From an uncultured virus (IMG/VR IMGVR_UViG_3300020451_000536) (lineage: Duplodnaviria; Heunggongvirae; Uroviricota; Caudoviricetes): DNA of 64,000 nucleotides. This document shows positions 54,556-64,000 of this stretch, one piece after another (the first letter of the stretch is position 1; the number at the start of each line of letters is the position of its first letter). The notes beneath the pieces are model-generated. The model saw only the letters and a list, made by a program, of their open reading frames with translations, did no database searches and was not told where the DNA came from. The translations under genes were made by a program, and so were the position numbers. Where the stretch lies: the IMG/VR virus record IMGVR_UViG_3300020451_000536. One strand, written 5' to 3'.

Positions 54556-55794
54556 TCACTTATCCCAATTCTTTATTGCAGTAAAGTTATTAAAACTAAA
54601 CTCCATTCTATCAACAAGTTTTACGGCCTTACCATCATTATTAATTGCAACATAACCTTCTGGATTTGTAACCTTAAATCCATTTTTCGTTTTTATAAAG
54701 GTGTCCGTTAGTTGTTTAACTGAATTCAACTTTTTAACAATTAACATCTTTGCGGCCACAAGGGCTTGTTGAAAAGAAATGACACTTTCTATATTTCTGA
54801 TATGTTTCTTAAACTCTCTCAGATACTCGTTCTTATTTCTTTCAATCTTTTCTTTTGCACCGAGTGTCTTTACTTTGTCTTTATTCTTATCAAAATGATT
54901 TGCAATGTGGTCAAGATATCCTTGAGCGTGTTGTCTTACATTTTTGATAGTTTGTCCTTCTCTTACTTTTAAATTATTATATGTTTTCAGAGAAGCACCA
55001 GACAAATTCCCTACCATTGAATTTTGAAGTCTAATAAACTTCTCTAACAATGATGAATTTATTCGTCTAAAAATCTTACCTACTGTTGATAAGTATGATG
55101 TTACTTCATCTGTTTCTGATTGAGTAAATGTTGCTTTACCAGAAACATCTTTAAATGAAGCATTATCCATCCATACACTATCTATCTTTTTTAATCCTTT
55201 TATGTCCACTCCAAATTTTGCTGACATTGATGGTAGATTATCACCTTCGTAGGTTGTGTGCCATACGACTCCAATTTTTGCTTTAGAGATTTGTCCACTA
55301 AGTTCACTGCCCATAGGTGTAGCATACACGATAGTATTAGGCTGAAAAGAAATAAAGGTTTTATCATCAATTTTCTCCTTTTTTAAATCTTTTTGGGTAA
55401 ACATCAAGTCACCTTGAATTACATTTTTTATTCCTAGTTTTTTAAATTCTTTGAGTGCGATTGCAAACTTATCTTTTAAATCACCAGAAACATCTATTTC
55501 TGATTCTTCTTTATATAACTTTGGATTTACATTGAATACTGATTTCTTTGCGACAAAGAACTTGCCGTCTGAAGGGTCAACGCCTGCAAATATAGCAGGA
55601 GCTCCGTCCCACTTAACAGTCATATTAACTGAACCTTTTGATGACCCAGATAACATATCTCTAAGTGATTGTAGAAAATTAATCGCACCTCTACCCCCAC
55701 CAACACCAAAGTTGAGTATCTCATCTTCTAGGTGTTCAAGGTGTAGATTTTTGCCTTGTTTATCTTCTAATAAGAATTCTTTAAATGTTAACAT
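54556..55794 (-). CDS. DUF6267-like protein with covalent nucleotidyltransferase (RNA ligase-like) motifs
   Basis: HLEHLED; TVKWDGAPA (motif I KxDG), QGD, EGYV (IV), KLVDR (V); late promoter 55825-55832. Confidence 0.65.
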   Translation of the reverse strand: MLTFKEFLLEDKQGKNLHLEHLEDEILNFGVGGGRGAINFLQSLRDMLSGSSKGSVNMTVKWDGAPAIFAGVDPSDGKFFVAKKSVFNVNPKLYKEESEIDVSGDLKDKFAIALKEFKKLGIKNVIQGDLMFTQKDLKKEKIDDKTFISFQPNTIVYATPMGSELSGQISKAKIGVVWHTTYEGDNLPSMSAKFGVDIKGLKKIDSVWMDNASFKDVSGKATFTQSETDEVTSYLSTVGKIFRRINSSLLEKFIRLQNSMVGNLSGASLKTYNNLKVREGQTIKNVRQHAQGYLDHIANHFDKNKDKVKTLGAKEKIERNKNEYLREFKKHIRNIESVISFQQALVAAKMLIVKKLNSVKQLTDTFIKTKNGFKVTNPEGYVAINNDGKAVKLVDRMEFSFNNFTAIKNWDK

Positions 55795-55853
55795 AGTTCA
55801 ATTTTTCCATAGTTGTATATACTATATTTATAAATTGAACATTTGTCAAGTCC

Positions 55854-56426
55854 CTAAAACATTCCACTTCTTGCGTTTAGATTACCAGCAACCATAACTC
55901 TTTCGTGGTCGTTTTCTTGTGGTAATACCTTATGTTTAACCCAGCCTGGAAATATTACTAACAATCCATTTACTGGTTGTACTTTATAATCTGTGTTTGT
56001 AAATACTAGTGGAGAACATTGACTTGTAACATTTACATAGTATGTCCAAGACCATATTGCAGGCCAATGGTCGTGTGATACAGTATAATCACCTTTTTTA
56101 TATACTGCACCCCAAACATCATAACAATCTGGTATAAATTGTACTGGTGATATTTCTAATGAAATTTCTCTAACCCAGTTTACTAGTTCTTGAAAATGTT
56201 CACCACCAGCTTCCATTTGCATATTCCATTCTGTCATCTGTGCTTTTACATTTGACTTATGATTTATTCTATCACCTTGTTGTCTAATATATTTTTCTAA
56301 TAAAGGGTTTAGACTTTTCCATTTCTCATATGTTTTGAGAACAACTGGATATCTCTCTTTAAATAATACTTGACTACCATCTTTACCCCATATTGGTGGG
56401 TGGTCTTTTGTTGGGTCATCTTTCAT
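55854..56426 (-). CDS. 2OG-Fe(II) oxygenase-like protein
   Basis: HDH, WS..YYV, IFPGWVKHKV, R..VAGN motifs. Confidence 0.8.
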   Translation of the reverse strand: MKDDPTKDHPPIWGKDGSQVLFKERYPVVLKTYEKWKSLNPLLEKYIRQQGDRINHKSNVKAQMTEWNMQMEAGGEHFQELVNWVREISLEISPVQFIPDCYDVWGAVYKKGDYTVSHDHWPAIWSWTYYVNVTSQCSPLVFTNTDYKVQPVNGLLVIFPGWVKHKVLPQENDHERVMVAGNLNARSGMF

Positions 56427-56650
56427 TTTTTTTCCTTTAAGAATTTAGGTAAAGGGTCTCTACCAAATGGTCTTATAGTCATTAAATTTGAAACCATTTC
56501 TTCAGCGTCTTCCTTGAATTTGAATACTTGGACAACATCATTTGTTGGTAATTCAACAACAACATAGACAGCTTCTTCATTTCTCCATTCAACATCATAG
56601 TAGTATTTTATCTTATACTTTTTATATCTTGAGGTCGGAAAACTTTTCAT
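56423..56650 (-). CDS. hypothetical protein
   Basis: ORF chain; PFG..P.FL C-terminus. Confidence 0.55.
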   Translation of the reverse strand: MKSFPTSRYKKYKIKYYYDVEWRNEEAVYVVVELPTNDVVQVFKFKEDAEEMVSNLMTIRPFGRDPLPKFLKEKK

Positions 56651-58028
56651 AAGATTTTTCTCCTAATCTTTTTCCAACACCAGTATTATCAAAGACTGGT
56701 TCATCTTGTCCAGAGTCTAACACATCTTTTTGTGCGACTTGTTCAACATCATATAACCTCATCTTTGCTCTATCTATTCCTAATATGAATCTTTTATTCA
56801 TTGTGGGGTCATTATATCTATTCTTTAATTGTTTAATCATTATCTGATTTAAATCTTCTAATTCCTCAGTAGATATTAATGCAAACATCAAATCAGCAGT
56901 TGCAGGCAAACCAAAACTTTCTGATGTATCTTCTAGTCCTACATCTGTTGAGGTGTATGCACTTCTTGTTGTTTGAGTTGCAGATACTATTGGAACATTA
57001 GATTCAACTGCAAATCCTCTAAGTTCTTCTGCAATCGCCTTAATATAAAAATATGAACCTACACTTGCATTACCTTTAAATCTAACTGATGAACATATAT
57101 TTAGATAGTCTATAAAAATAATGTCTGGTTTAAATGATTTCTTGAGTGCAAGTTCTTTTACTAAACTTTTAAAATGACCACTATGTGCAGATGCAGTTGG
57201 GTATTCTTTGATTACTAATTTACCAACTGTTTTCTTTGATATACTATTAATTTTATCATCAAACATTTTCTTTGGTAGTTCGTGTAAATCATCAATAGAT
57301 AGATTCATTAAGTTTGCATCTATTCTTTCTGCAATCTTTTCTTCTGCCATCTCTAATGTAATGTATAAAACATTTTTACCTTGCATCAAAGTTGATGCAG
57401 CCATATGACACATAAACAATGATTTACCAACACCAGTACCAGCAAGTGCAACATTTAAAGTTTTGTTAGGTAAACCACCTTTAGTAATCTTATTAAAGTA
57501 TTCTAAATCAAAAGGTATTCTATCTTCTTTTCTATGATAGTATTCAAATCGTCTTTCTGACTCATCAATATAATCGTGTCCAATATGATTATCAAAAGAT
57601 ACTGCAAGTGCATCTGATAGTATACTAGGAATAGATTCTGGTGTGTTATTCTTATCTTTATCTTCTATTATTTTTATACTATCAACAACTGCATTATACA
57701 CAGCCTTGTCTTTACAGAATTGTTCAACTGTTTTTAATAACCAATCGTAATCAACCTTTGATTTATCAAGTGATTTTAAAAGTTCTAATGCACTAGTATT
57801 TTCAGTTTCTGATAAATCTCTTCTGTTTTGAATTTCTATTTCTAAAACAGTTTGAGTTGGAGGTTTAGAATATTTCTCTACAAAGTCATTTATTTCTTCA
57901 AAGACAATCTGTTGACTTCTATCTTTGAAATATTCTTTTTTTAGAAACGGTGTTACCTTACGATTGAATTCTTCATTGTTCAATAACTGACTTAGTGTCG
58001 TTACTTCTATCGTCTGATTCTGTACCAC
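56622..58028 (-). CDS. gp41: replicative DNA helicase gp41
   Basis: LAGTGVGKS, ITLEMAEE.IAERIDAN, DYLNIC, SATQTTR, SESFGLPATAD, QLKNRYND. Confidence 0.97.
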   Translation of the reverse strand: MVQNQTIEVTTLSQLLNNEEFNRKVTPFLKKEYFKDRSQQIVFEEINDFVEKYSKPPTQTVLEIEIQNRRDLSETENTSALELLKSLDKSKVDYDWLLKTVEQFCKDKAVYNAVVDSIKIIEDKDKNNTPESIPSILSDALAVSFDNHIGHDYIDESERRFEYYHRKEDRIPFDLEYFNKITKGGLPNKTLNVALAGTGVGKSLFMCHMAASTLMQGKNVLYITLEMAEEKIAERIDANLMNLSIDDLHELPKKMFDDKINSISKKTVGKLVIKEYPTASAHSGHFKSLVKELALKKSFKPDIIFIDYLNICSSVRFKGNASVGSYFYIKAIAEELRGFAVESNVPIVSATQTTRSAYTSTDVGLEDTSESFGLPATADLMFALISTEELEDLNQIMIKQLKNRYNDPTMNKRFILGIDRAKMRLYDVEQVAQKDVLDSGQDEPVFDNTGVGKRLGEKSYEKFSDLKI

Positions 58029-58395
58029 TAATAACCCCCTCTGAATAATGTTTATCTACTATATCACAAAGTATATCACCTAGAAGATTTTTGAAATCTA
58101 TATTCAAATGTTCTTCTTTCAATCCGTTGTAATCTACAACTGTATATTGAAATTTAAGAACTGCTTCTAGGCCTGGGTTCTGTGGGTCTTGTACTGATGC
58201 AATCTTTCCAAACTTGAATACGACACCATCATATCTACCACCTTTAATACCAATGCAATCTTGTTGTGACTTTGATTTGTTTTCTAAAAAAACATATTTG
58301 TCTGCGATATTACCCAAGTATCTCTTGGAATTATCATTCACTTTCTTCAATGCTTTCTGTTCCACCATATCTAAATTCCTTCTTCGCACATTCAT
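57973..58395 (-). CDS. hypothetical protein (gp40 positional equivalent)
   Basis: between uvsX and gp41 as gp40 is in T4; start uncertain. Confidence 0.5.
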   Translation of the reverse strand: MNVRRRNLDMVEQKALKKVNDNSKRYLGNIADKYVFLENKSKSQQDCIGIKGGRYDGVVFKFGKIASVQDPQNPGLEAVLKFQYTVVDYNGLKEEHLNIDFKNLLGDILCDIVDKHYSEGVISGTESDDRSNDTKSVIEQ

Positions 58396-59374
58396 CTAAG
58401 ATATCCATAACATCTTTAGTGAAATATTTCTTTGGGTCATTCAATATAGTTTTACCATATTGTTTTGAACCGTCTGGTAATTCATACCTCGTTGAAACTT
58501 TTTTAAATACTTTATATTTTTCTGCAAGTTCAAGTAATCCATAATATCTATCAAGTCCTTTATTATATGTTAGTCTAACATCTACCATTTTGTTTTCAAT
58601 GGTAAGTCTTGATTTAAAGTTTTTACAATGTATAATATTACCTACAACTTCTGTTCCATCTTTTTCTTTTCTTTTAGAAAGATATACAATAGAAGAGGCT
58701 GCATATTTTAATCCAGAACCACCACCCATTTCTTTTGTTGGAAACATAGAACCAACAACATCATATGTGTGATTCGTTACAACCATAGGTACTTTTGCTT
58801 TACCAAGTTTTAAAGTCAACACTCTAAATGCAGCTTTCAATACTTGAGCACGAGTCATATCTCTTGTTTCTTTTCCCTCAGCAGTATCTTCAACTTCTTT
58901 AGTTGTTGATAACATACCAAGTGAATCTAATGCAAGAAATAATGGTCTACGAATAGATTCTTCTTGATTAATATAACTATCTAGAACTTTCAATGATTGA
59001 GTTCTAAATTCTTGTACTGTTGTTACTGGAAGTATAACCATTCTTGATGGGTCAATACCTCTATCAATAATCATTTGTTTAGTAATTGCACTTTCACTTT
59101 CAAAGTATATTACACCACCCTCTGGATTTTTATCCAGAAAGTTTTTACACATACCCATAAGAAAAAATGTTTTACCAGTTGCACTTTCACCAGCGATTGC
59201 AGTAATCTTGTTTGCTGGTAGTCCACCATTTATTGAACCAGACAGTAATGCATTGAAAGCATACGAACCAGTGTCAATAAACTCTTCAACATCTCCAGCT
59301 TCAACTCCGTCTGAAACTAAAGATGCATATTCGTTACCAGTTGTTTTGATAACTTCTTTTAAAAAATCAGGCAT
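58334..59374 (-). CDS. uvsX: RecA-like recombinase UvsX
   Basis: [46 protein letters not shown] motifs. Confidence 0.96.
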   Translation of the reverse strand: MPDFLKEVIKTTGNEYASLVSDGVEAGDVEEFIDTGSYAFNALLSGSINGGLPANKITAIAGESATGKTFFLMGMCKNFLDKNPEGGVIYFESESAITKQMIIDRGIDPSRMVILPVTTVQEFRTQSLKVLDSYINQEESIRRPLFLALDSLGMLSTTKEVEDTAEGKETRDMTRAQVLKAAFRVLTLKLGKAKVPMVVTNHTYDVVGSMFPTKEMGGGSGLKYAASSIVYLSKRKEKDGTEVVGNIIHCKNFKSRLTIENKMVDVRLTYNKGLDRYYGLLELAEKYKVFKKVSTRYELPDGSKQYGKTILNDPKKYFTKDVMDILDECAKKEFRYGGTESIEESE

Positions 59375-59416
59375 TCAAATCTCCTTTTACATATTGTACC
59401 ATATTTTTTATATTTG

Positions 59417-60616
59417 TCAATCCATAAATCCATCTAAAGATGATTCTGATTTCCAAGATATAGTTTTATCTTCACCATTTTCATCTTTTAATTTCTGTGT
59501 AAACTCACCCTCTACACTATCTTGTTTGAATAAACACACTTGTGTCGTATCAAATTCTTCAGTTACTTGAGGAACGCCACCATAAAGTTTTAAGTTTTTA
59601 GATTGAATAGTTGCACCATTAAAAATAATATCACTATAATTATCAAGTTGAGTATTCCAATCTACCCAAAATTTTGTTAACCTTGTAATGTATTGTTCAA
59701 TACCACCAGTAATAATTCCACAATGAACTATGACTCTTATTTCTTCATCTGGATATTTCTTTGCTAAACCAACGGCCTTAACTTGACCCTTAGTTACAAA
59801 ATCAGAAGACACAATAATATATCTTACATTCCCTTTAATATCTTTATACTTTGAACCATCTAACCAAGTCTTTGCTTTTTCTTTTGTCATTGGTAATACT
59901 GGTTTATCATCAGTATTGTTTAAAATAGTCATTGCAAGGTAACTACACCTACTTTTTCCAATACCCACTGCATCACATTGAGGTTTAATTCTATCAAAAA
60001 CTAATTGATAAGCATTTGGTGATTCTCTATCAATCCAACCTTCGGAAAACGCTCTTGTGCCTTCATCAATAATATCGTATTCTTTTGCTTCAAACTGTGG
60101 TAAGTTTTTGGGATTAAAAATATTACCTAACTGCGAAAGTTCATCTTTAACTTGCTCATCAGTAAAACCAGGCTTTCTTTTGTATACTGCAACTAATCTA
60201 TTTACAAAATTATATTTTACATATCTTCCATCTCTAGTCTGTCCAGTAATGTAAATATAATTATTTTCACCTCTCTCCATAACAGCTCCAGGCGGTACAC
60301 TCAATATAGCACCTTTAGTTTGAAATGATGTATCTAATTCTTTTTCTTCTGTATCACTAACACCACCACCTCTTCTTGCTCTTTGATGAGCAACGGATGT
60401 TGACTCAATTTGTTTTGTGTCCAAACTAATATTTTCTGAATCAATAATTTTAAAACAATCAAAATATATTGTTGTAAAATTATCTTTACCATATAATGAT
60501 GGATATGCTTCTACATTAATCAATGATTCCATTGATTCTAAATGTTCTGGTGTGAATTGATTAATAATTGTTTTATCTACGGCTGCAGATATGTTAAATT
60601 TATATGAATGTATCAT
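59417..60616 (-). CDS. hypothetical protein
   Basis: 399-aa ORF with AAGG RBS and late promoter TATAAATA at 60676-60683. Confidence 0.7.
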   Translation of the reverse strand: MIHSYKFNISAAVDKTIINQFTPEHLESMESLINVEAYPSLYGKDNFTTIYFDCFKIIDSENISLDTKQIESTSVAHQRARRGGGVSDTEEKELDTSFQTKGAILSVPPGAVMERGENNYIYITGQTRDGRYVKYNFVNRLVAVYKRKPGFTDEQVKDELSQLGNIFNPKNLPQFEAKEYDIIDEGTRAFSEGWIDRESPNAYQLVFDRIKPQCDAVGIGKSRCSYLAMTILNNTDDKPVLPMTKEKAKTWLDGSKYKDIKGNVRYIIVSSDFVTKGQVKAVGLAKKYPDEEIRVIVHCGIITGGIEQYITRLTKFWVDWNTQLDNYSDIIFNGATIQSKNLKLYGGVPQVTEEFDTTQVCLFKQDSVEGEFTQKLKDENGEDKTISWKSESSLDGFMD

Positions 60617-60691
60617 AATATTTCCTTTTATTGTAGCTTTTTACAGCATCTATTATAGAGTTTTACCTCTAACAGTATTTATACTACAAAA

Positions 60692-61318
60692 TTATTGTAA
60701 TGTCAAGTCACTTTGTATTCTTTTTTTACATAAATTGTAGTATTCTTCATTTATCTCACTTCCAAGATAATTTCTTCCAACCTCTAGGGCTGCAATCGCA
60801 GTAGTACCACTTCCCATAAATGGGTCATACACTACATCATTTTTATTAGTATGATTCTCTATCATCATACGACAAACTAATGAACTCATACCAAGTCTGA
60901 AACCATCTATATTAGTTGATTTTTCATCTAATATAACATCTACCATATGTGGGTTTTTTAATTTAAATGGTTTCTTTGCAAATGTAAGTATATGCATATA
61001 GTTCATACGATACATATTTACTTTGTATGACTTAACCCATATATTAGTTTTTCTTAGAAACCAACCATTATCTTCAAATACTTTAATTACTTTTATATGT
61101 TTTGGATATATTCTACCATCACCTTTTCTATCGGTGGTGCAAACAGTAACCAAATTATTTGTAGGATTTAATAATGAAACCCAACTATATAAAAATTCTT
61201 CCCAATCATTTGTATGAGCTGGAATACCTAGTTCATCATAATCTGGTGGACTTGTAAGTACATAATTATAATTAATATCTTTCTTTAATGTTTCTATACA
61301 ACTCTCTAGATGTATCAT
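60692..61318 (-). CDS. DNA amino-methyltransferase (N4-C/N6-A, beta class)
   Basis: TSPPDY catalytic motif N-terminal to YDPFMGSGTT SAM motif; GSEINEEY. Confidence 0.85.
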   Translation of the reverse strand: MIHLESCIETLKKDINYNYVLTSPPDYDELGIPAHTNDWEEFLYSWVSLLNPTNNLVTVCTTDRKGDGRIYPKHIKVIKVFEDNGWFLRKTNIWVKSYKVNMYRMNYMHILTFAKKPFKLKNPHMVDVILDEKSTNIDGFRLGMSSLVCRMMIENHTNKNDVVYDPFMGSGTTAIAALEVGRNYLGSEINEEYYNLCKKRIQSDLTLQ

Positions 61319-62580
61319 TAAAAAAAACTTTCCAATGTACTAACTCTACAATGTTTAAATATATCTTTATTTTTATCTTTACTGAAATACCATATATTCT
61401 CAATATACATTTTATTCATAAACTCGTCCATTTTTTTCTTATCAAAGTTTCCTTCATCGTCTTTAAATACAGATGCACCTTGTGGTCTTTGCATAATTCT
61501 CATACCAACTTGACCCATAAAATGTGGTAATAACATATCAACAAGTTCATCTCCAGAACGATATCTTTTGTTTTTTACTTTAGGGTCTAATATGTTTATC
61601 ATCATTACACCATCATCACTTAATGAGTCAAATGTTTTTTGTGATACTGGTAGATAAAAATTATCTCTCCAAGATTCATATTCATTAAATTTAAACCACG
61701 ATTGTAATTCTTCTTTTTCACCACCCTCATTATATCTCTCTGTGGAAAAGTATGGTGGACTTGTAAATGCACAATCAACATTTTTTATCTCGTCCCAAGG
61801 TAAATCTTCTGCACCACAATTATATATTTGTGTAGTTTTTTTATTTCCAGTTAATCCATTCCAGAACTCAATCATATCTTTATATCTTTTAAAAGTATTT
61901 GGGTTAGGGTCGCAACCAATATAGTGTGTTGCATTTGAGGCGAAGAAACCAGTAAGTCTATCACCCCAACCCATAGATGTATCTAATACAGTTTTTGCAT
62001 CTGTCATATCATATATTGTTTTTGCAACTATTGGTTTAAATTGTGTTGCAATATAAGTACCTAATCTAAATGACATAATATAAATTCTACCATTTAGTTC
62101 TTTAGTATCATTAACATTACGAAAGATAGGCCCAAATGCACCCCACAGATTATCACCATCATTCCACCTTTTTACTGGTGATTTATAACCATAAGAACCA
62201 CACTCTAATCTTAAATCATTCATAAAGAAATCAGAACAATAATTGAATTTAGGTGGGGCACTAATTACACCTAATCCATATTTACTATATGGATATTTGT
62301 AATCATCATATTTTTCATGAACTCTATCTTTTTGGTTTAGTGTTATATAATCGGTAAAGTCTGCACTTTGTAATTTACGAAAATTATCAACAACCTTTTT
62401 CTTTTCAAATTTTGCAAGTGGAAATGGTGGTTTTACATTTGTAATATATTCTGCAAGAGTCTTACGAAAATCTTCTTTACCATAGTCATCTATGGTTTTA
62501 AGAAATAATTCTGTTCTCATAACTGGTAAACCAGTTTCATCAGAACATTTTCTTAATAAATCATATAGTTCTTTATTCAC
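61318..62580 (-). CDS. DNA amino-methyltransferase (alpha/gamma order)
   Basis: QFKP, LDTSMGWGDRL SAM motif, Y.G.DPN, FTSPPYF..E.Y catalytic motif. Confidence 0.8.
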   Translation of the reverse strand: MNKELYDLLRKCSDETGLPVMRTELFLKTIDDYGKEDFRKTLAEYITNVKPPFPLAKFEKKKVVDNFRKLQSADFTDYITLNQKDRVHEKYDDYKYPYSKYGLGVISAPPKFNYCSDFFMNDLRLECGSYGYKSPVKRWNDGDNLWGAFGPIFRNVNDTKELNGRIYIMSFRLGTYIATQFKPIVAKTIYDMTDAKTVLDTSMGWGDRLTGFFASNATHYIGCDPNPNTFKRYKDMIEFWNGLTGNKKTTQIYNCGAEDLPWDEIKNVDCAFTSPPYFSTERYNEGGEKEELQSWFKFNEYESWRDNFYLPVSQKTFDSLSDDGVMMINILDPKVKNKRYRSGDELVDMLLPHFMGQVGMRIMQRPQGASVFKDDEGNFDKKKMDEFMNKMYIENIWYFSKDKNKDIFKHCRVSTLESFF

Positions 62581-63998
62581 TAAAAGAAATCCTCAAGTGT
62601 ACCTTGTGTTCCATAGGTACGGTCTATATTCCATTTTATCGTATTTAAAATTAATGTCAAGGGGTCAATGAAAACTTTTTCAAACTGTATATCGTAATCA
62701 ACAAAACTGTGTATATCAAACTCTTTAGGAAGTTTGGTAATGTATGTGATTACATTTGAAGTAAAAGGATTAGGTTGTTTTAAATAAACAAACTTAATCT
62801 TATCTCCCTCTTGTATCAAAGGATATTTGTTTATAAGTTTATTTTGTTTTATCTTGTGATTGTATATCAACGCACCTTTTATGTGCATAGGTGTTGACTT
62901 TTTAAATGTTGTTCCACTATCAAAGTATTTTGATAAACCTTTTACTGAACGAGGAAACGAAATCAGTTCTGGTTTTACTTTAAGAAACTCTTCTCTAAAA
63001 TTAATTACAAACTTGTTTAATTCTTTTTCATCACTTGTCATTATAAGTTCAAGTGCATCTTTAATCTTTTGTCTACACATTGCAGGCGTTGATGACTTGA
63101 CAGCTTCAATACCCATCATCTTCAACTTAGGTTCTTTGTATGATACACCTTCACTATCCCAAACATTTAGAATATATCTTTTCTTTGCAACCCAAATACC
63201 TTTGTCTGCAATCACTTCTCGTTTCATAAACATCTTGTTTGCAAATGCATTTGTGTATTGTTTAAGTTCATCATACGATTTTGTAATATATGGTTCAATA
63301 GATTCTGATGCAACCTTATCTAGAAAGTTTATTGTTTTAGATAATGCATTATCACTTTTAATTGTTTCAGTAACAAGTTTATCCATAGTCAAATAAACAG
63401 AATCAGTATCAGATGCAATCACATAATCTTCATCTGTTTTTAAAATATTGTTTAAGTATTTGTTAAGTTTGTTTTCAATCCAACGAATAGATAACTGACC
63501 ACTCTTTGTAATACCCTCTGCAATCGCTTTGTCGTAATAACGAAAGTATTGATTACCTATTGCACCATAAGCAGAGTTCAAAGAAATCTTACGAGCCATC
63601 TGAATATTGTTATAACGACTTATCAGTTTTTTATACTTGTTGTCTTTTGTGTTTTCAAATTCTTGTTGTGCAGATAACATTTTCTTTTTGTAAGTCACTC
63701 GTTCATTGTATAACTCTTCCATCATAGTTGGTAAGAAACCTTTTTTATCTGTTCTAAACAATGCACCATTTGGTGTCATAGTAGTTTTGTCTGGTATGTT
63801 TAGTTTGATACCTTTTAACATATCATCAACTGTAATATCTTGATGTTTACTTTTTAGTAATGTTTCTGGTGAAAGATTATACTGCATAATCAAATGTGGA
63901 TATAGTGAATTCAAATCAAATGACACAACCCACTTATGTAAACCAGTAATTGGTTCTTTTACATATGCACCTTCATATTGTTCGTTTTTACTGTGTGA
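62580..63998 (-). CDS. gp43: family B DNA polymerase gp43 (5' part outside window)
   Basis: YEGAYVKEP, SFDLNSLYP, KISLNSAYG, SDTDS, KKRY, C-terminal TLEDFF clamp-binding motif; frame open to window end. Confidence 0.97.
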   Translation of the reverse strand, partial: SHSKNEQYEGAYVKEPITGLHKWVVSFDLNSLYPHLIMQYNLSPETLLKSKHQDITVDDMLKGIKLNIPDKTTMTPNGALFRTDKKGFLPTMMEELYNERVTYKKKMLSAQQEFENTKDNKYKKLISRYNNIQMARKISLNSAYGAIGNQYFRYYDKAIAEGITKSGQLSIRWIENKLNKYLNNILKTDEDYVIASDTDSVYLTMDKLVTETIKSDNALSKTINFLDKVASESIEPYITKSYDELKQYTNAFANKMFMKREVIADKGIWVAKKRYILNVWDSEGVSYKEPKLKMMGIEAVKSSTPAMCRQKIKDALELIMTSDEKELNKFVINFREEFLKVKPELISFPRSVKGLSKYFDSGTTFKKSTPMHIKGALIYNHKIKQNKLINKYPLIQEGDKIKFVYLKQPNPFTSNVITYITKLPKEFDIHSFVDYDIQFEKVFIDPLTLILNTIKWNIDRTYGTQGTLEDFF

Positions 63999-64000
63999 TG

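Noticed and set aside
144..63396. Numerous plus-strand ORFs opposite long minus-strand genes (and minus ORFs within 15118-18317)
   Set aside because: Antisense shadows rich in Ser/Leu/Phe, with no RBS or motifs.
36102..63998. Inteins or introns in RNR, primase, helicase, polymerase
   Set aside because: Lengths and motif continuity are normal.

Overview
AT-rich, almost entirely minus-strand segment of a T4-like (Tevenvirinae/Kyanoviridae-style) myophage genome, most likely infecting a marine alphaproteobacterium (inference from a permuted two-piece alphaproteobacterial-type tmRNA and alpha-like SdhB/PqqA). Core T4 modules are recognisable: replication (gp43 partial, UvsX, gp41, gp61, gp59, gp32, gp33, RNase H, class II RNR), baseplate/tail (gp27-like, gp53, gp48, gp4, gp2, gp54-like, gp26, gp51, tape measure), lysis (spanin pair, peptidase M15, SleB-type hydrolase), two early-gene islands driven by repeated sigma70 promoter cassettes, and TATAAATA late promoters. 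The accessory content is unusual: an unannotated 25-aa PqqA (PQQ precursor peptide) gene apparently co-transcribed behind the tmRNA, a quinoprotein-dehydrogenase-associated SoxYZ-like carrier, a plcP-agt phospholipid-to-glycolipid remodelling pair near phoH, a lone sdhB with iscU, iscA and a zf-CHCC protein, and bS21. A ~15 kb block encodes proteins with T4 capsid-targeting-like leaders and apparent prohead-protease linkers (candidate virion-injected effectors/polyproteins, including an RNA-ligase-like protein). Also seen: a probable -1 frameshift joining gp26 and gp51, a candidate tandem-pseudoknot leader RNA and apparent GATC avoidance. All protein assignments are from motif recognition, not database searches.
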